DNA of 54,628 nt, taken from assembly GCA_041288095.1 (NCBI GenBank), contig JBGGMJ010000012.1, forward strand, positions 1 to 54,628, written 5' to 3'. The translations under genes and the position numbers were made by a program. This stretch comes from Myxococcota bacterium. Lineage in GTDB: Bacteria; Myxococcota; XYA12-FULL-58-9; JALHOP01. Position 1 is the stretch's first letter; every line of letters starts with the position of its first letter. Below the pieces are notes generated by a model. It was not told the origin of the DNA. It worked only from the letters and a program-made list of their open reading frames with translations, and did not search any database. Shown piece by piece: positions 1-9,164 of this stretch.

Positions 1-1
1 C

Positions 2-172
2 GACGTCTGCCACGGCGGTGACCTCGTACGCCGACCCACGTGCGTGCTGGAAGAAGCGTCGCCGGTCGCGCGCGCCGCCCTTGCCGCAGCCCTCGGCGAA
101 ATTGAGCGTGATGCTCGCCGCCGCCCTGCGGAGCTGATCAGCGAGATACGCGGGCAAATGTTGTCCGAGTGA
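2..172 (+). CDS. 3' end of a hypothetical protein (truncated by window start)
   Basis: Open frame from base 2 (DVCHGGDLVRRPTCVLEEASPVARAALAAALGEIERDARRRPAELISEIRGQMLSE) ending TGA at 170-172. Confidence 0.5.
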   Translation, partial: DVCHGGDLVRRPTCVLEEASPVARAALAAALGEIERDARRRPAELISEIRGQMLSE

Positions 173-226
173 GTGGCTAGACCGAACGACCTCGAGCGAG
201 ACCGAGTAGATGCGTGTGTCCAAAAA

Positions 227-369
227 CCTCATGCTTCGTCTACCTCCGCTGCGGCCTCGGCGTGAGGCCCGCACCCGCGAGGGCGTCAGCCCGGGGCCTC
301 ACGCCGAGGTCGCGGCGGAGGTCGCAGCACGAGGCTTACCGGACCGCCCCAGCGGTCCCGCCGAAGGCG
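227..369. repeat. Long inverted repeat / structured intergenic element
   Basis: 29-bp arms 242-270 and 294-322; both non-Watson-Crick positions are G-U pairs on the + strand. Outer stem 227-235/326-334, inner CCC-GCGA-GGG hairpin, further hairpins 341-358 and 359-369. Confidence 0.8.
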
Positions 370-376
370 CGCGCGA

Positions 377-411
377 ATCGGCCATCGGCAATCGGCTATC
401 GGCCATCGGGA
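377..411 (+). repeat. Heptamer tandem repeat (ATCGGCN x4 plus ATCGGGA)
   Basis: atcggcc atcggca atcggct atcggcc atcggga. Confidence 0.85.
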
Positions 412-507
412 AAATGGTTAGTGTCCCCATTTAAAAAACAAACGGCCATCGGGAAAATGGTTAGTGTCCCCATTTAACAATCGGCAATCTGGTCAGCGTC
501 CCCATTT
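400..507 (+). repeat. 35-bp direct repeat x2 plus a degenerate third copy, REP-like
   Basis: CGGCCATCGGGAAAATGGTTAGTGTCCCCATTTAA at 400-434 and 443-477; TGGTCAGCGTCCCCATTT at 490-507; internal AAATGG...CCATTT dyad. Confidence 0.85.
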
Positions 508-1652
508 CAATCGTCGTTGCTGCGCCAGCCGGTCACAAGAGTCGTGTAGTCGACGCGCGAGCCTGTGTTCGAAGCGACGAAGATCAGGTCGTCTCCGACG
601 AGGGACACGTTGAAGCCGGCGTCGCGGGCGCGTTGCAGCAGGAAGTCGGCGTTTGGCGGTCGCACGCGCATGCGCCAGATCGCGATGCTGCTGGTGCCGT
701 CGGCCGAGACGAGCCCCGTGAAGCCGTCGTCCTGAATGTCCTCGCATCCAATGAAGTCCTGACGTGAGCACCAGGCGCGAACGATGAAGGCACCGAAGCG
801 GTCCGCGATAGCGACGGTGTAGTCCGCCGTCGGAACGGCGATTGCGTCCGCCCCGAGTAGGGCGCTGGGCTCCTCGCCGTCGATGACCCCGAAGGTGGTG
901 GATGGTAGCGCGTCATAGGTCGCGACGACGGCTGGCTGGCCCCCTTGTTCCCAGATGCGTCGAACGTAGGCGGCGCCGAACGCGTACGGGAAGAGGATCG
1001 AGGCGTTGTAGATCAACAGGTCCTCGAAGACGGCATAGTAGGCGGTGCTGTCGCGATAGTAGGCCAGCGCCTTTTCGTGCTCGTCGTCGTCCCAGCCAAA
1101 GAGATCGAATCCCGCGAGATCCTCGTAGAAGGTGGCCTCGCCCTCGGTGATTGCCCGGTGCGCGAGACCTTCGTCGGTCGTGTCGACGTCTTGCGACGCG
1201 AGAGCGAGCAAGCCCTCCGCGCCCTGCATGGCATGCACCAGCTCGTGCGTGAACGTCAGCGCCGGGCCAACACCGTCGAGCGCTTGGCCGCGATCGATGA
1301 CGGTGATCGCGTCGGTGCTGGACGAATAGAACGCCGCGACGCGGTCGAAGCGGTTCTGCACCTGCGCGTCGAGGCTCAAACCCGGCTGCGAAAGACCCAG
1401 CAACGACAAGATCGTGTTCTGGCGCGCGAATGACTCGCGCTCGGCCGGCGTGGTGCTGTCGATGGAGTCGGCGACCACCTCTTCCTCACTGCGCACCATC
1501 ACGCTCGGAGCGATAGCGCTTTCATTGCGGAGCTGGCGCAGGCCGTTGGTCAGTGACTCCTGACATCGCGCGGTGCGGATATCGCATGGCGCGAAGAGGC
1601 GGTCGCCACAGCCGGCGAGAAAGAGCAGAGCGAAAGCTGGCGCGCGTTTCAT
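507..1652 (-). CDS. Lipoprotein, putative zincin metallopeptidase
   Basis: Start [15 protein letters not shown] (lipobox) overlaps the upstream stop (TGATG); HELVH motif followed by EGEA. Confidence 0.75.
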   Translation of the reverse strand: MKRAPAFALLFLAGCGDRLFAPCDIRTARCQESLTNGLRQLRNESAIAPSVMVRSEEEVVADSIDSTTPAERESFARQNTILSLLGLSQPGLSLDAQVQNRFDRVAAFYSSSTDAITVIDRGQALDGVGPALTFTHELVHAMQGAEGLLALASQDVDTTDEGLAHRAITEGEATFYEDLAGFDLFGWDDDEHEKALAYYRDSTAYYAVFEDLLIYNASILFPYAFGAAYVRRIWEQGGQPAVVATYDALPSTTFGVIDGEEPSALLGADAIAVPTADYTVAIADRFGAFIVRAWCSRQDFIGCEDIQDDGFTGLVSADGTSSIAIWRMRVRPPNADFLLQRARDAGFNVSLVGDDLIFVASNTGSRVDYTTLVTGWRSNDD

Positions 1653-2281
1653 CAGAAGGTCTTTCCCACCGCGAGCTGGGCCGCGAGCGACCAGTGGTCG
1701 TGCTCGGGACTGTAGGGGAGGGCGATGAACGACGGGCCGAGCGCCCCGCGTACCATGAAGTGGTTCTTGGTCACGAACGCGTAACCGATGAGCGCCGTGG
1801 GGCCCCAGCTGCGGCGTGTCATCTCGTAGCCGTGAAATCGGAGGTACTGGACAGCAGTGGAGCCGAAGATGACGTCTAGGACGACACGGTGCCGGCGGCC
1901 CACGCTCGTAAGCAACCCGGCGGCGGCGCCGCCCCACAGCTCGGCCTCGTCGTTCGCTTCGACGCCGATGAAGCCCCCGCCGACGTATGGCGAAAGATGC
2001 ACCAGCTGTGTCGCCTCGAAGGTGTAACCGAGTGACACGCCGATGCCGCCGAATGCTGGACCCACCCCGACGGTCAGGGTGAAACCGCTTTCGTCGCGCA
2101 AGCCGGGGCGCTGATTCTCCATCTCCCGCAGCTCAAACCTCGGCGGTTCCTCGACCCTCGGCTCCTCGGCCCCCGTCTCGTCGGCAAGCGGCTGCTCGGC
2201 CGTCGGCTCCTCGGCAATCGGCTCTTGAGTGATCGGCTCCTCGCCAACCGCCAACACCGCGCACGCGACAATCCAAATCAC
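1652..2281 (-). CDS. Secreted/outer-membrane beta-barrel-like protein
   Basis: GTG start with hydrophobic leader, acidic EEP-rich linker, Gly/aromatic amphipathic strands, C-terminal Phe. Confidence 0.6.
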   Translation of the reverse strand: MIWIVACAVLAVGEEPITQEPIAEEPTAEQPLADETGAEEPRVEEPPRFELREMENQRPGLRDESGFTLTVGVGPAFGGIGVSLGYTFEATQLVHLSPYVGGGFIGVEANDEAELWGGAAAGLLTSVGRRHRVVLDVIFGSTAVQYLRFHGYEMTRRSWGPTALIGYAFVTKNHFMVRGALGPSFIALPYSPEHDHWSLAAQLAVGKTF

Positions 2282-2307
2282 CTCGCCGTTATAACGCAGT
2301 GCCGAGG

Positions 2308-4284
2308 CTAAAGCTCGCCCTCCCACGAACACTGCGCTTCCTGACCCGCGTAATCCTGCGCATACAACACCCCGAACGCGGTGGTGTTCGCCGGCGTCGT
2401 CGAGAGCGGCTGCAAGTCCAGCGAGAAGTCCTGGTTCGGATTGAAGACGGTGTCGCTCGCGCCCCAAAGCATCTCGTCGCCGTCGAGCTCGGCCCATACC
2501 GCGAAGAGCTGCGAGCCCGCCGCCGGAGTGAGCTGGCCGTAGCCCGCGGCGGTCGACAAGTAGAACGTCTGCTGCTGCACGTTACCGGCGGAGTCATAGA
2601 CGATCACCAGCAGCGCGGTGTCGAGGTCTTGCTGGCTGCTATTGGCGGCGTAGCCGAAGGGAATCGTCGCGACGAAGGTGCCGTTGGCGCCGGGCTGATA
2701 GCTGAAATACGTGTACTCGGCCAAAGAGCCTTGGCTCACCACGAGCGCGGTCCTGTCCCAGTCCGCTGAGACGGTCATGCCGGCGAGACTTCCGAACGTA
2801 TCCCCGAGAGCGATGTACTGGCCGTCGATCTTGAGGCCGTAATACATGCCTTCCGCCACCACGCTGGTCTGCGTGCCGGTCGCGAGATTTCCCGTGAGGC
2901 GAACGCCGCCGGCTGTGGCGCTCATCGCCGCGGTCGGGCTCACGAACGTCGGCGCGTTGGTGTTGCTCGCGCCGGCCTCCTGCACGGCGGTGAGCAGCGT
3001 GCGCCAAATGCCGATCGCCGGCACATTGTCGTAAGCGTCGTCGTACAACGTGCGGTAGGGCGGCCAGTAAACCGAGATGCCGGTCGCGGTCGCGGTAGCG
3101 CTGCCGCTCGTTCGGTTGAGCACCGCCGCTTGCACGGCGTCGATGAGGTTGTTGGCGGTCACCGCGATGGGCCCGCCCGCGTCCGCCATCGTGGACGCGA
3201 CACCGGCGAGGTCGACCATCAACGCGGAGTCCGCGTCCGAAGCTTGACGGCCGAACTCCAGGGCTTCCGCGCGGGCGCGCCCGAACAACGTGACGAGGCT
3301 CGCCACCGTTGGGTCGAAGACGCTGGTCATGGCGTTGAGCGCGCGCTCGACGGCTTTCAGGTTGTACAGGTCGACGAGCGACAGCGTGATGTTGGCGCTC
3401 GTGTTTTCGAGGATGGCCTGGCTGCGAAAGCCTTGCATCACTTCCTGCGAAAGCTCGACGGGGCTGATGGTGCCGTCGTCCAAAGCGGCGGCGAACGATT
3501 CGTAGTCCCAGCCGTGACCCGGCTCGAGCTCTTCGGAGGCGAGCATGTATTCGGCGTAGTCGCGCAGAACGAGCGCGGTTTCGAGGGAGCCCATCAAGCA
3601 GGCATCGAAGCCCACGAGGGCGACGCGATCACGTTGCGCGCCCGCGAGCCCGGCCGCCATGCCGGTTGCGAGCTCCGCCATCGTCAGGCCGTCGTAAGCG
3701 GCGGACATGTCCGCGCCGAAGCCCGGCCAGGCGCTGCCGTGGTCCCAGAAGACGAGCGCGATGTTGTCGGCGGGGTAGGTGTTGATGCCCCAGCTGAGGA
3801 AATCGGCGAGCACCGTCGGGTCGCCCATGTTCTTCTCGCCGAGATCGTCGAGCTCGGTGAGCTTTCCGTTCTCGACGCGCACGCGCATGGTGCCCGTCCA
3901 GTTGGGCATCATGCCAATGGGCGCTTCGGTGAAGCCGATGGCGCGATCGATCTGCAGGACGATGGTGAAGTTGTCGTTGCGCCCAACCCGCATCATCTCC
4001 GCGAGGTCGAGAAGCGCGAAGGGCTCGAGGTCGTTATCGGCGACCATGTAGACGAGCACCGTCCACGCGGTGCCGCCGGAGCTGTGCGTGTTCTCGGGAG
4101 TGTCGATGAGCGTGGTTGGGTCGCTGTCGCCGCCGATGCCGTCGCCCTGGGCGCGGTTGTCGCCGCCATTGCGTTGCAACGGGTCAACGGACGCGCCGCT
4201 GCAGGCCGTAAGGCCGCATGCAGCCGTCACGGCCAACCAAGCGAAACGGCGGCCAAGAACCCCGCTTCCAAGCGCCCGCGTCAT
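2308..4284 (-). CDS. Clostripain-related (C11) cysteine peptidase lipoprotein
   Basis: [18 protein letters not shown] (catalytic His), FDACLM (catalytic Cys), [11 protein letters not shown]; lipobox LTAC. Confidence 0.9.
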   Translation of the reverse strand: MTRALGSGVLGRRFAWLAVTAACGLTACSGASVDPLQRNGGDNRAQGDGIGGDSDPTTLIDTPENTHSSGGTAWTVLVYMVADNDLEPFALLDLAEMMRVGRNDNFTIVLQIDRAIGFTEAPIGMMPNWTGTMRVRVENGKLTELDDLGEKNMGDPTVLADFLSWGINTYPADNIALVFWDHGSAWPGFGADMSAAYDGLTMAELATGMAAGLAGAQRDRVALVGFDACLMGSLETALVLRDYAEYMLASEELEPGHGWDYESFAAALDDGTISPVELSQEVMQGFRSQAILENTSANITLSLVDLYNLKAVERALNAMTSVFDPTVASLVTLFGRARAEALEFGRQASDADSALMVDLAGVASTMADAGGPIAVTANNLIDAVQAAVLNRTSGSATATATGISVYWPPYRTLYDDAYDNVPAIGIWRTLLTAVQEAGASNTNAPTFVSPTAAMSATAGGVRLTGNLATGTQTSVVAEGMYYGLKIDGQYIALGDTFGSLAGMTVSADWDRTALVVSQGSLAEYTYFSYQPGANGTFVATIPFGYAANSSQQDLDTALLVIVYDSAGNVQQQTFYLSTAAGYGQLTPAAGSQLFAVWAELDGDEMLWGASDTVFNPNQDFSLDLQPLSTTPANTTAFGVLYAQDYAGQEAQCSWEGEL

Positions 4285-4326
4285 GAGGAACTTATCGGGT
4301 GGCCGGAAGACCTGGTTGCGGCCGAC

Positions 4327-4611
4327 TCAACTGCCGGTGTGGCTTGGCTTTTTCAGCTCGTCGTCGACGTTCCGGAGCCGGGTTTCGTATTCGAAGCGGT
4401 GGCCGTTGATGATGTAGAGGGCAACGCCGACGACGCCGAGCGTCAGGCCCAAGGCAGCCAGAGCCGCGAGCCCGCCCCAAACCAAGCCGACCGGGATGGC
4501 CGCGATGCCGATGATACTGCCCCAGAGGACGCGTCGCTGCTCCCCCGCCAAGCCTCGCAGCTTGGAATCCAGCTCATCGCGCTCGCGGCGCAGCTCTTCG
4601 GTTCGAGGCAT
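4327..4611 (-). CDS. Small membrane protein (2 TM)
   Basis: 94 aa; charged helices flanking two hydrophobic segments. Confidence 0.65.
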   Translation of the reverse strand: MPRTEELRRERDELDSKLRGLAGEQRRVLWGSIIGIAAIPVGLVWGGLAALAALGLTLGVVGVALYIINGHRFEYETRLRNVDDELKKPSHTGS

Positions 4612-4619
4612 GGCAGCGA

Positions 4620-5375
4620 TTATGGCCGGATGAAGCGCAACGCGAAGCGGTCACTGGTGCCCCGCTTCTCGCCGACAGTGCTGGGTGAGGTGCTCCAATC
4701 GCGCGTGTCCTCGGGGTTGCGCAGGAACTCGCCTTTGTTCTCCAGCTTGAAGCCGGCCCGGGTCACTTCCGCGATCACAGACTCTTCCTCGATGCGATGC
4801 AGGGCCTTCACGTCGTCGACGCCGTGCCCCTTGGCCGCCGCGTGATCGATGACGATGTAGCTGCCGCCTCGCTTGAGGCTCGCGAGCACAGCGCGGTTCA
4901 TGGCCGTGCGGTCCACGCCCATCCAGACGAAGTCGTGGTAGACGAGGTTCGCGATGACGACATCGAGCTCCTTGGCCTCCGGGGGCAGGGGCGATTCCAT
5001 TTCGCGATCGACGCGCACGACGTTCTGGTTCGCCGGGCGGGCGAGCCGTTCGGGCCAGCGCTCGCCGATGAACTTGATGAACATCTCCGGGTTCTGAGCG
5101 TAGACCTTGCCGGTCGGTGCCACGGCCCGGGCGAGCAGCTCGGTGGTGTAGCCGCTGCCAGCGGCAAGATCGGCGACGTTCATTCCGGGCTGCACGCGAG
5201 CGAGCTCGAGGAGTTGTACGGGATGGCGGCCGGCGTCGAGTGCCTTGTCCTCGTCGGTGCGGTCGCTCTCCTCGGCGATGGTCGTGTACTTGACCGCGGC
5301 GGCGTCGGGCGCGACCGGGGAAGGGTGCCCACAGGCGACGGCGAGCGGCAGCAAGAACACGGACAAGCGCTTCAT
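4620..5375 (-). CDS. Class I SAM-dependent methyltransferase-like lipoprotein
   Basis: DAGRHP, VADLAAGSGYTT motif I, YHD, IDH, DRFALRF; lipobox AVAC. Confidence 0.85.
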   Translation of the reverse strand: MKRLSVFLLPLAVACGHPSPVAPDAAAVKYTTIAEESDRTDEDKALDAGRHPVQLLELARVQPGMNVADLAAGSGYTTELLARAVAPTGKVYAQNPEMFIKFIGERWPERLARPANQNVVRVDREMESPLPPEAKELDVVIANLVYHDFVWMGVDRTAMNRAVLASLKRGGSYIVIDHAAAKGHGVDDVKALHRIEEESVIAEVTRAGFKLENKGEFLRNPEDTRDWSTSPSTVGEKRGTSDRFALRFIRP

Positions 5376-5432
5376 GGCGCGCTGCATAGCAGATGACGCG
5401 GGCCCCAAGCGACTGCATACTGAACGGGAAGC

Positions 5433-6536
5433 ATGCGTGTTTTGGTCGCACCTCTGGAGCTCAAAGGCACGCTCACCGCAGGTGAAGCCGCCGAGGCCAT
5501 CGCCGAGGGACTCGTCGCGGCCGACCCCGGGCTCGAAGTCGAGCTGTTGCCGCTCGCGGACGGCGGACCCGGGACGCTCGAGGCCATCGAGCGCTCGCGC
5601 CGTGCCTCCTTGGTGAAGACCACCCAAGTGACCGGGGCAGACGGCTCGCAGGTCGCGGCGCGCTGGCTGGTCCACGGGGAACTGGCGATCATCGAATCCG
5701 CTGAAGCGGTCGGCATCACACGTTTCCCCGGGCGGGCGGCGCTCGACTACACGAGTCGCGGTGTCGGCGAGCTCGTCGCCGCGGCCATCGCCGGCGGTGC
5801 TCGCGATATCGCGATCGGTATTGGCGGCACGGCGACCGTCGATTTGGGCCTGGGCTGCGCCGCGGCGCTGGGAGCACGCTGCATCGGCGCTGACGGCCAC
5901 GAGGTCGTGCCGAGACCCCGTGACTTCGCGCGGATCCACGACGTGGTGAGCGACGCGGTAGCCTCACACGTAGGGCGGGCGCGGCTATCGACGTGGTGCG
6001 ACGTGCAAGCCCCGCTTCTCGGTCAACACGGCTTCGTTTACCGCTATGGCGGACAGAAGGGAGTCGGTATCGCCGACATGCCGGAGCTCGAGCGCGAAGC
6101 CAGCCGGCTCACGCGGTCGGCCGCTCACGGGGTAGCGAGCGATGGTGCCGGCGGCGGCCTCGCGTGGGGTCTGCGCGTGCTCTGTGGCGCGAAGCCTCGC
6201 TCCGGTTTCGACGCGGTGGCCGAGACCGTGGGCTTGGCTGACGCGCTCGAACGTTGCAGCTTCGTGATCACCGCCGAAGGGCGGCTGGACGCTCAGTCGA
6301 CCCAGGGGAAGGGGCCATGGGCCCTGGCGCAGCGGGCGCGGCTCGCCGGGCGGCCGGTCATCTTGATGACCGGCTCGTCACAGCTCGCGCCCGACGTCTG
6401 GCGGACCGCTTTCACGGACGTCGTGACGGTAGGCACGCGCGAGCCCGAGAACAAGGGCGATGCCTACCGGCAGCTCGTTACGACAGCGCGTGCCTATTCT
6501 TTGCACGGCCCGCTGTTGGCGCGGCCTTCGAGCTGA
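5433..6536 (+). CDS. glxK: Glycerate kinase (GlxK/GarK family)
   Basis: LKGTLTA, PLADGGPGT, GIGGTATVDLG, YGGQKG, GAGGGL, TAEGRLDAQSTQGK. Confidence 0.9.
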   Translation: MRVLVAPLELKGTLTAGEAAEAIAEGLVAADPGLEVELLPLADGGPGTLEAIERSRRASLVKTTQVTGADGSQVAARWLVHGELAIIESAEAVGITRFPGRAALDYTSRGVGELVAAAIAGGARDIAIGIGGTATVDLGLGCAAALGARCIGADGHEVVPRPRDFARIHDVVSDAVASHVGRARLSTWCDVQAPLLGQHGFVYRYGGQKGVGIADMPELEREASRLTRSAAHGVASDGAGGGLAWGLRVLCGAKPRSGFDAVAETVGLADALERCSFVITAEGRLDAQSTQGKGPWALAQRARLAGRPVILMTGSSQLAPDVWRTAFTDVVTVGTREPENKGDAYRQLVTTARAYSLHGPLLARPSS

Positions 6537-7077
6537 CCTTACCGTTTGGCAGCTGCTTGCCGTTGGGGGCCTTGTCGCTCGCGTGCGCGGTGTCTGGCTC
6601 GGCGTTTTGCAGGTGCGCTTCGACGAACCAGAGGTCCTTGTCGACCGCGCGGCTGACCTGCGTGAACAGATCGGTGGTGCCGGCGTCACCTGCCTTGTCG
6701 GCGGCGTCGATGGCCTTACGAACCTGCTGGCCGTAGCGCGCCAGTGCCGCCGCGATGGCGTCGACGTGCGCGAGGCCGTCGGTGATGCTCGCGTCATACG
6801 GTTCGAGTGTCGTGCGCTGCGCGACCGTCTGGGCGGTACCGTCGACCATGCCGCCCATCTGCACGGCGCGCTCGGCGATATCGTCGCTCCACTCTTCGGC
6901 GTGCTCGGCGATCTGGTCGAAGAGCTCGTGGATGGCGATGAAGCTCGGGCCTTTGACGTTCCAGTGGGCCTGCTTGAGCTGATTGAAGAGGTCGATGGTG
7001 TCGACCAACCGGTCGCTCAACAGCTTCACCATCTTGCCCCGAAGGTCGCGGCTCATATCGTTCTTGGTCGGATTCAT
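6478..7077 (-). CDS. dps: DNA starvation/stationary-phase protection protein Dps
   Basis: KQAHWNVKGPSFIAIHELFD, DDIAER, DKDLWFVEAH; RBS GAGGAG before ATG at 7077. Confidence 0.95.
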   Translation of the reverse strand: MNPTKNDMSRDLRGKMVKLLSDRLVDTIDLFNQLKQAHWNVKGPSFIAIHELFDQIAEHAEEWSDDIAERAVQMGGMVDGTAQTVAQRTTLEPYDASITDGLAHVDAIAAALARYGQQVRKAIDAADKAGDAGTTDLFTQVSRAVDKDLWFVEAHLQNAEPDTAHASDKAPNGKQLPNGKVSSKAAPTAGRAKNRHALS

Positions 7078-7114
7078 CCGTCTCTCCTCATGCATCCTAC
7101 GTTTTGCCGCTAAC

Positions 7115-8170
7115 CTAAGCATCCACGACGATGGAAACCTTAGGAAAAGTCGGTGCAATCTCATCGGGCTGCGCGATGAACAGCCAGCGCAAGAGATCGC
7201 GGTAAAATTTGAACAGTGGGATGCGCTCCGCGACGGTATCGCGGACGCTCTCGCGGCGGCTCTTGTGGCCCGTGTGACTCTCTCGCGTCAGGTGCTCGCG
7301 CTCGTTGTGGTGGGTAGCGAGGGTAAGGATCTGGATCTCGAAGAGCTTGTCCCACCACGAGGCGACACTCTTCATGGCGCCCCAGCCGCTGCGTTTTTCG
7401 TCGGTGTCCATGTAGCTCTTCACCTCGACGAGCTCGAGGCGTCGGGTCGCGGCAGCAGCTGGGACCTCGTAGCGTTCGAGCTCGGCGTCCTGAAGGTGCA
7501 AGGTCGCGAGCGACTCTTGCAAGCGCAAGACGTCGGCCGCCTCGTCGACGACGAACTTGATGCCGAACACGTCTTTTACGAAGCGCGACAGCTCGCGCAG
7601 TTGCTTGTCGCGATTGACCAGCGAATCGAGACCGAAGATTTCGTCGACGACCTTGTTCCAGATCTCTTCTTCCGCCTTGATGCGCGAGATCACCTTGTGA
7701 ACCGAGAAGCGGCCCATCGAGCGCGGTTGATACTCGACGACGTTCGCGACCAGCACGGGCGCCTGGAAGCGTGCGCCATCGTGGACGCGGAAACGCTGGA
7801 GTTGGCGGGTGCCGAGGTCGAGGTCGGTGTGCGAGTAGAGGTCCGTCGCGCTGATGCGGTGGCTCAGCGTGAAGCGCTCGCGCGTGCTCGGCACCTCGCC
7901 GACGACGATGCTATCCATGTCGAAGCTCTCGGCGAGGAAGCGTTCGCCAAGCAGCTCGCAGAGCTTGTGGAGCTTCGCTTCGCCACGGCGGATCATGGCC
8001 GCGAAAGCGTTGCGGCAAGCCTCGAGCTTGGCGCGCGAGAACAGCAAGCTGTGCTCGGCCTCCGGCTCTTCCATGATGCGCTGCCGCGAGGCGTCGAGCG
8101 CCAGCACCAGCTCTTCGATCATCGGCTCTTCGGCGACGAGCCAAAGGGGTGAACGGGCGACGGACTCCAT
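7115..8170 (-). CDS. Hypothetical protein with divergent RelA/SpoT-type nucleotidyltransferase domain
   Basis: SRIKAEEEIWNK, KDVFGIKFVV, KSYMDTDEKRSGW and FEIQILT parallel the synthetase motifs RxK, DxxGxR, DYI..PK..GY and EIQIRT. Confidence 0.6.
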   Translation of the reverse strand: MESVARSPLWLVAEEPMIEELVLALDASRQRIMEEPEAEHSLLFSRAKLEACRNAFAAMIRRGEAKLHKLCELLGERFLAESFDMDSIVVGEVPSTRERFTLSHRISATDLYSHTDLDLGTRQLQRFRVHDGARFQAPVLVANVVEYQPRSMGRFSVHKVISRIKAEEEIWNKVVDEIFGLDSLVNRDKQLRELSRFVKDVFGIKFVVDEAADVLRLQESLATLHLQDAELERYEVPAAAATRRLELVEVKSYMDTDEKRSGWGAMKSVASWWDKLFEIQILTLATHHNEREHLTRESHTGHKSRRESVRDTVAERIPLFKFYRDLLRWLFIAQPDEIAPTFPKVSIVVDA

Positions 8171-8249
8171 CTGACCCACAGCTAACGTTCGCGGCGACGT
8201 GGCGCAACCCATGGCGACCGCTCGGCGATGTCTGCTAGGCGTAAGGCGC

Positions 8250-8624
8250 ATGAGAGCTCTCGCCTTGCTGGTCCTCGTGGCCTTCGCCGCTTGCAACGCG
8301 GAGAAGTCGCCTCCGGCCGATGCCGCGCATCCGGGACAGGTGGTCTTCAAGCAGCAGTGTGGCCTCTGCCACACCGTCGACGGCAGCCGCTCGACCGGTC
8401 CATCGCTCGTCGGCGTCATCGGCAGGCCGGCGGCGAGCCTTGCCGGCTTTCCCTACACCAAGGCCATGCGCGAGAGCGGTCTCACATGGGATGCGGCGAC
8501 GCTCGATGCCTTCCTCGCCAACCCCACCGCGAAGCTCCCCGGCAGCATGATGGTCACGGGCGTCCCAGACGCCGCACAACGTGCCGCCGTTATTGGGTAT
8601 TTACAGACGCTCAAAGCCCAGTGA
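8250..8624 (+). CDS. Class I cytochrome c (c2-like), probable lipoprotein
   Basis: FAAC lipobox, CGLCH haem motif, GPSLVGVIGR, PGSMM. Confidence 0.9.
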   Translation: MRALALLVLVAFAACNAEKSPPADAAHPGQVVFKQQCGLCHTVDGSRSTGPSLVGVIGRPAASLAGFPYTKAMRESGLTWDAATLDAFLANPTAKLPGSMMVTGVPDAAQRAAVIGYLQTLKAQ

Positions 8625-8640
8625 AAAAAACGCTCGCGCC

Positions 8641-8667
8641 TGTCGATTTCCGCGCGGGTCGATCGAC
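8641..8667 (+). promoter_or_regulatory. ECF42-type promoter
   Basis: TGTCGA (-35), 17 nt, CGAC (-10) directly upstream of the DGPF gene; matches the ECF42 target promoter as I recall it. Confidence 0.7.
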
Positions 8668-8712
8668 ACCATGATGAGTCAACGAATGGCTCTGCCAACA
8701 AGGACAACAGCA

Positions 8713-9138
8713 ATGCGCGTCATGGTCATCGTCAAAGCATCCAAGGATTCCGAAGCGGGCGTCATGCCGAGCACCGAGATGCTCGCGCAGATGGGCAAAT
8801 ACAACGAGGAGCTGGTCAAGGCCGGCATCATGCTGGCGGGCGACGGGCTTCACCCCAGCAAGAAGGCGGCGCGCATTCAGTTCGATGGCGCCAAGCGCAC
8901 CGTCGTCGACGGTCCCTTCGCCGAGACCAAGGAGCTCGTCGCCGGGTTTTGGATCTGGCAGGTGAAGTCGCTCGAGGAAGCCATCGAGTGGGCCAAGCGC
9001 TGCCCGAATCCGACGGGCGAGATGGGTCAGCTCGAGCTCAGGCCCATCTTCGAAGCCGCGGACTTCGGTGACGAGTACACGCCCGAGCTGCGCGCTCGCG
9101 ACGAGAAGCTGCGCAAGCAGATCGAGCAGCAGAACTAG
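8713..9138 (+). CDS. YciI/DGPF family protein
   Basis: MRVMVIVKA, DGPFAETKELVAGFW, EAIEWAKRCP. Confidence 0.92.
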   Translation: MRVMVIVKASKDSEAGVMPSTEMLAQMGKYNEELVKAGIMLAGDGLHPSKKAARIQFDGAKRTVVDGPFAETKELVAGFWIWQVKSLEEAIEWAKRCPNPTGEMGQLELRPIFEAADFGDEYTPELRARDEKLRKQIEQQN

Positions 9139-9164
9139 CGCCGTCTTGCGTTGATGCAGGGGGC

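Noticed and set aside
210-477. Short ORFs 210..434 and 214..477
   Set aside because: They are translations of the hairpin and repeat DNA
400-509. CRISPR array
   Set aside because: Only two full repeats separated by 8 bp; no spacer-length unique sequence and no cas genes in the window
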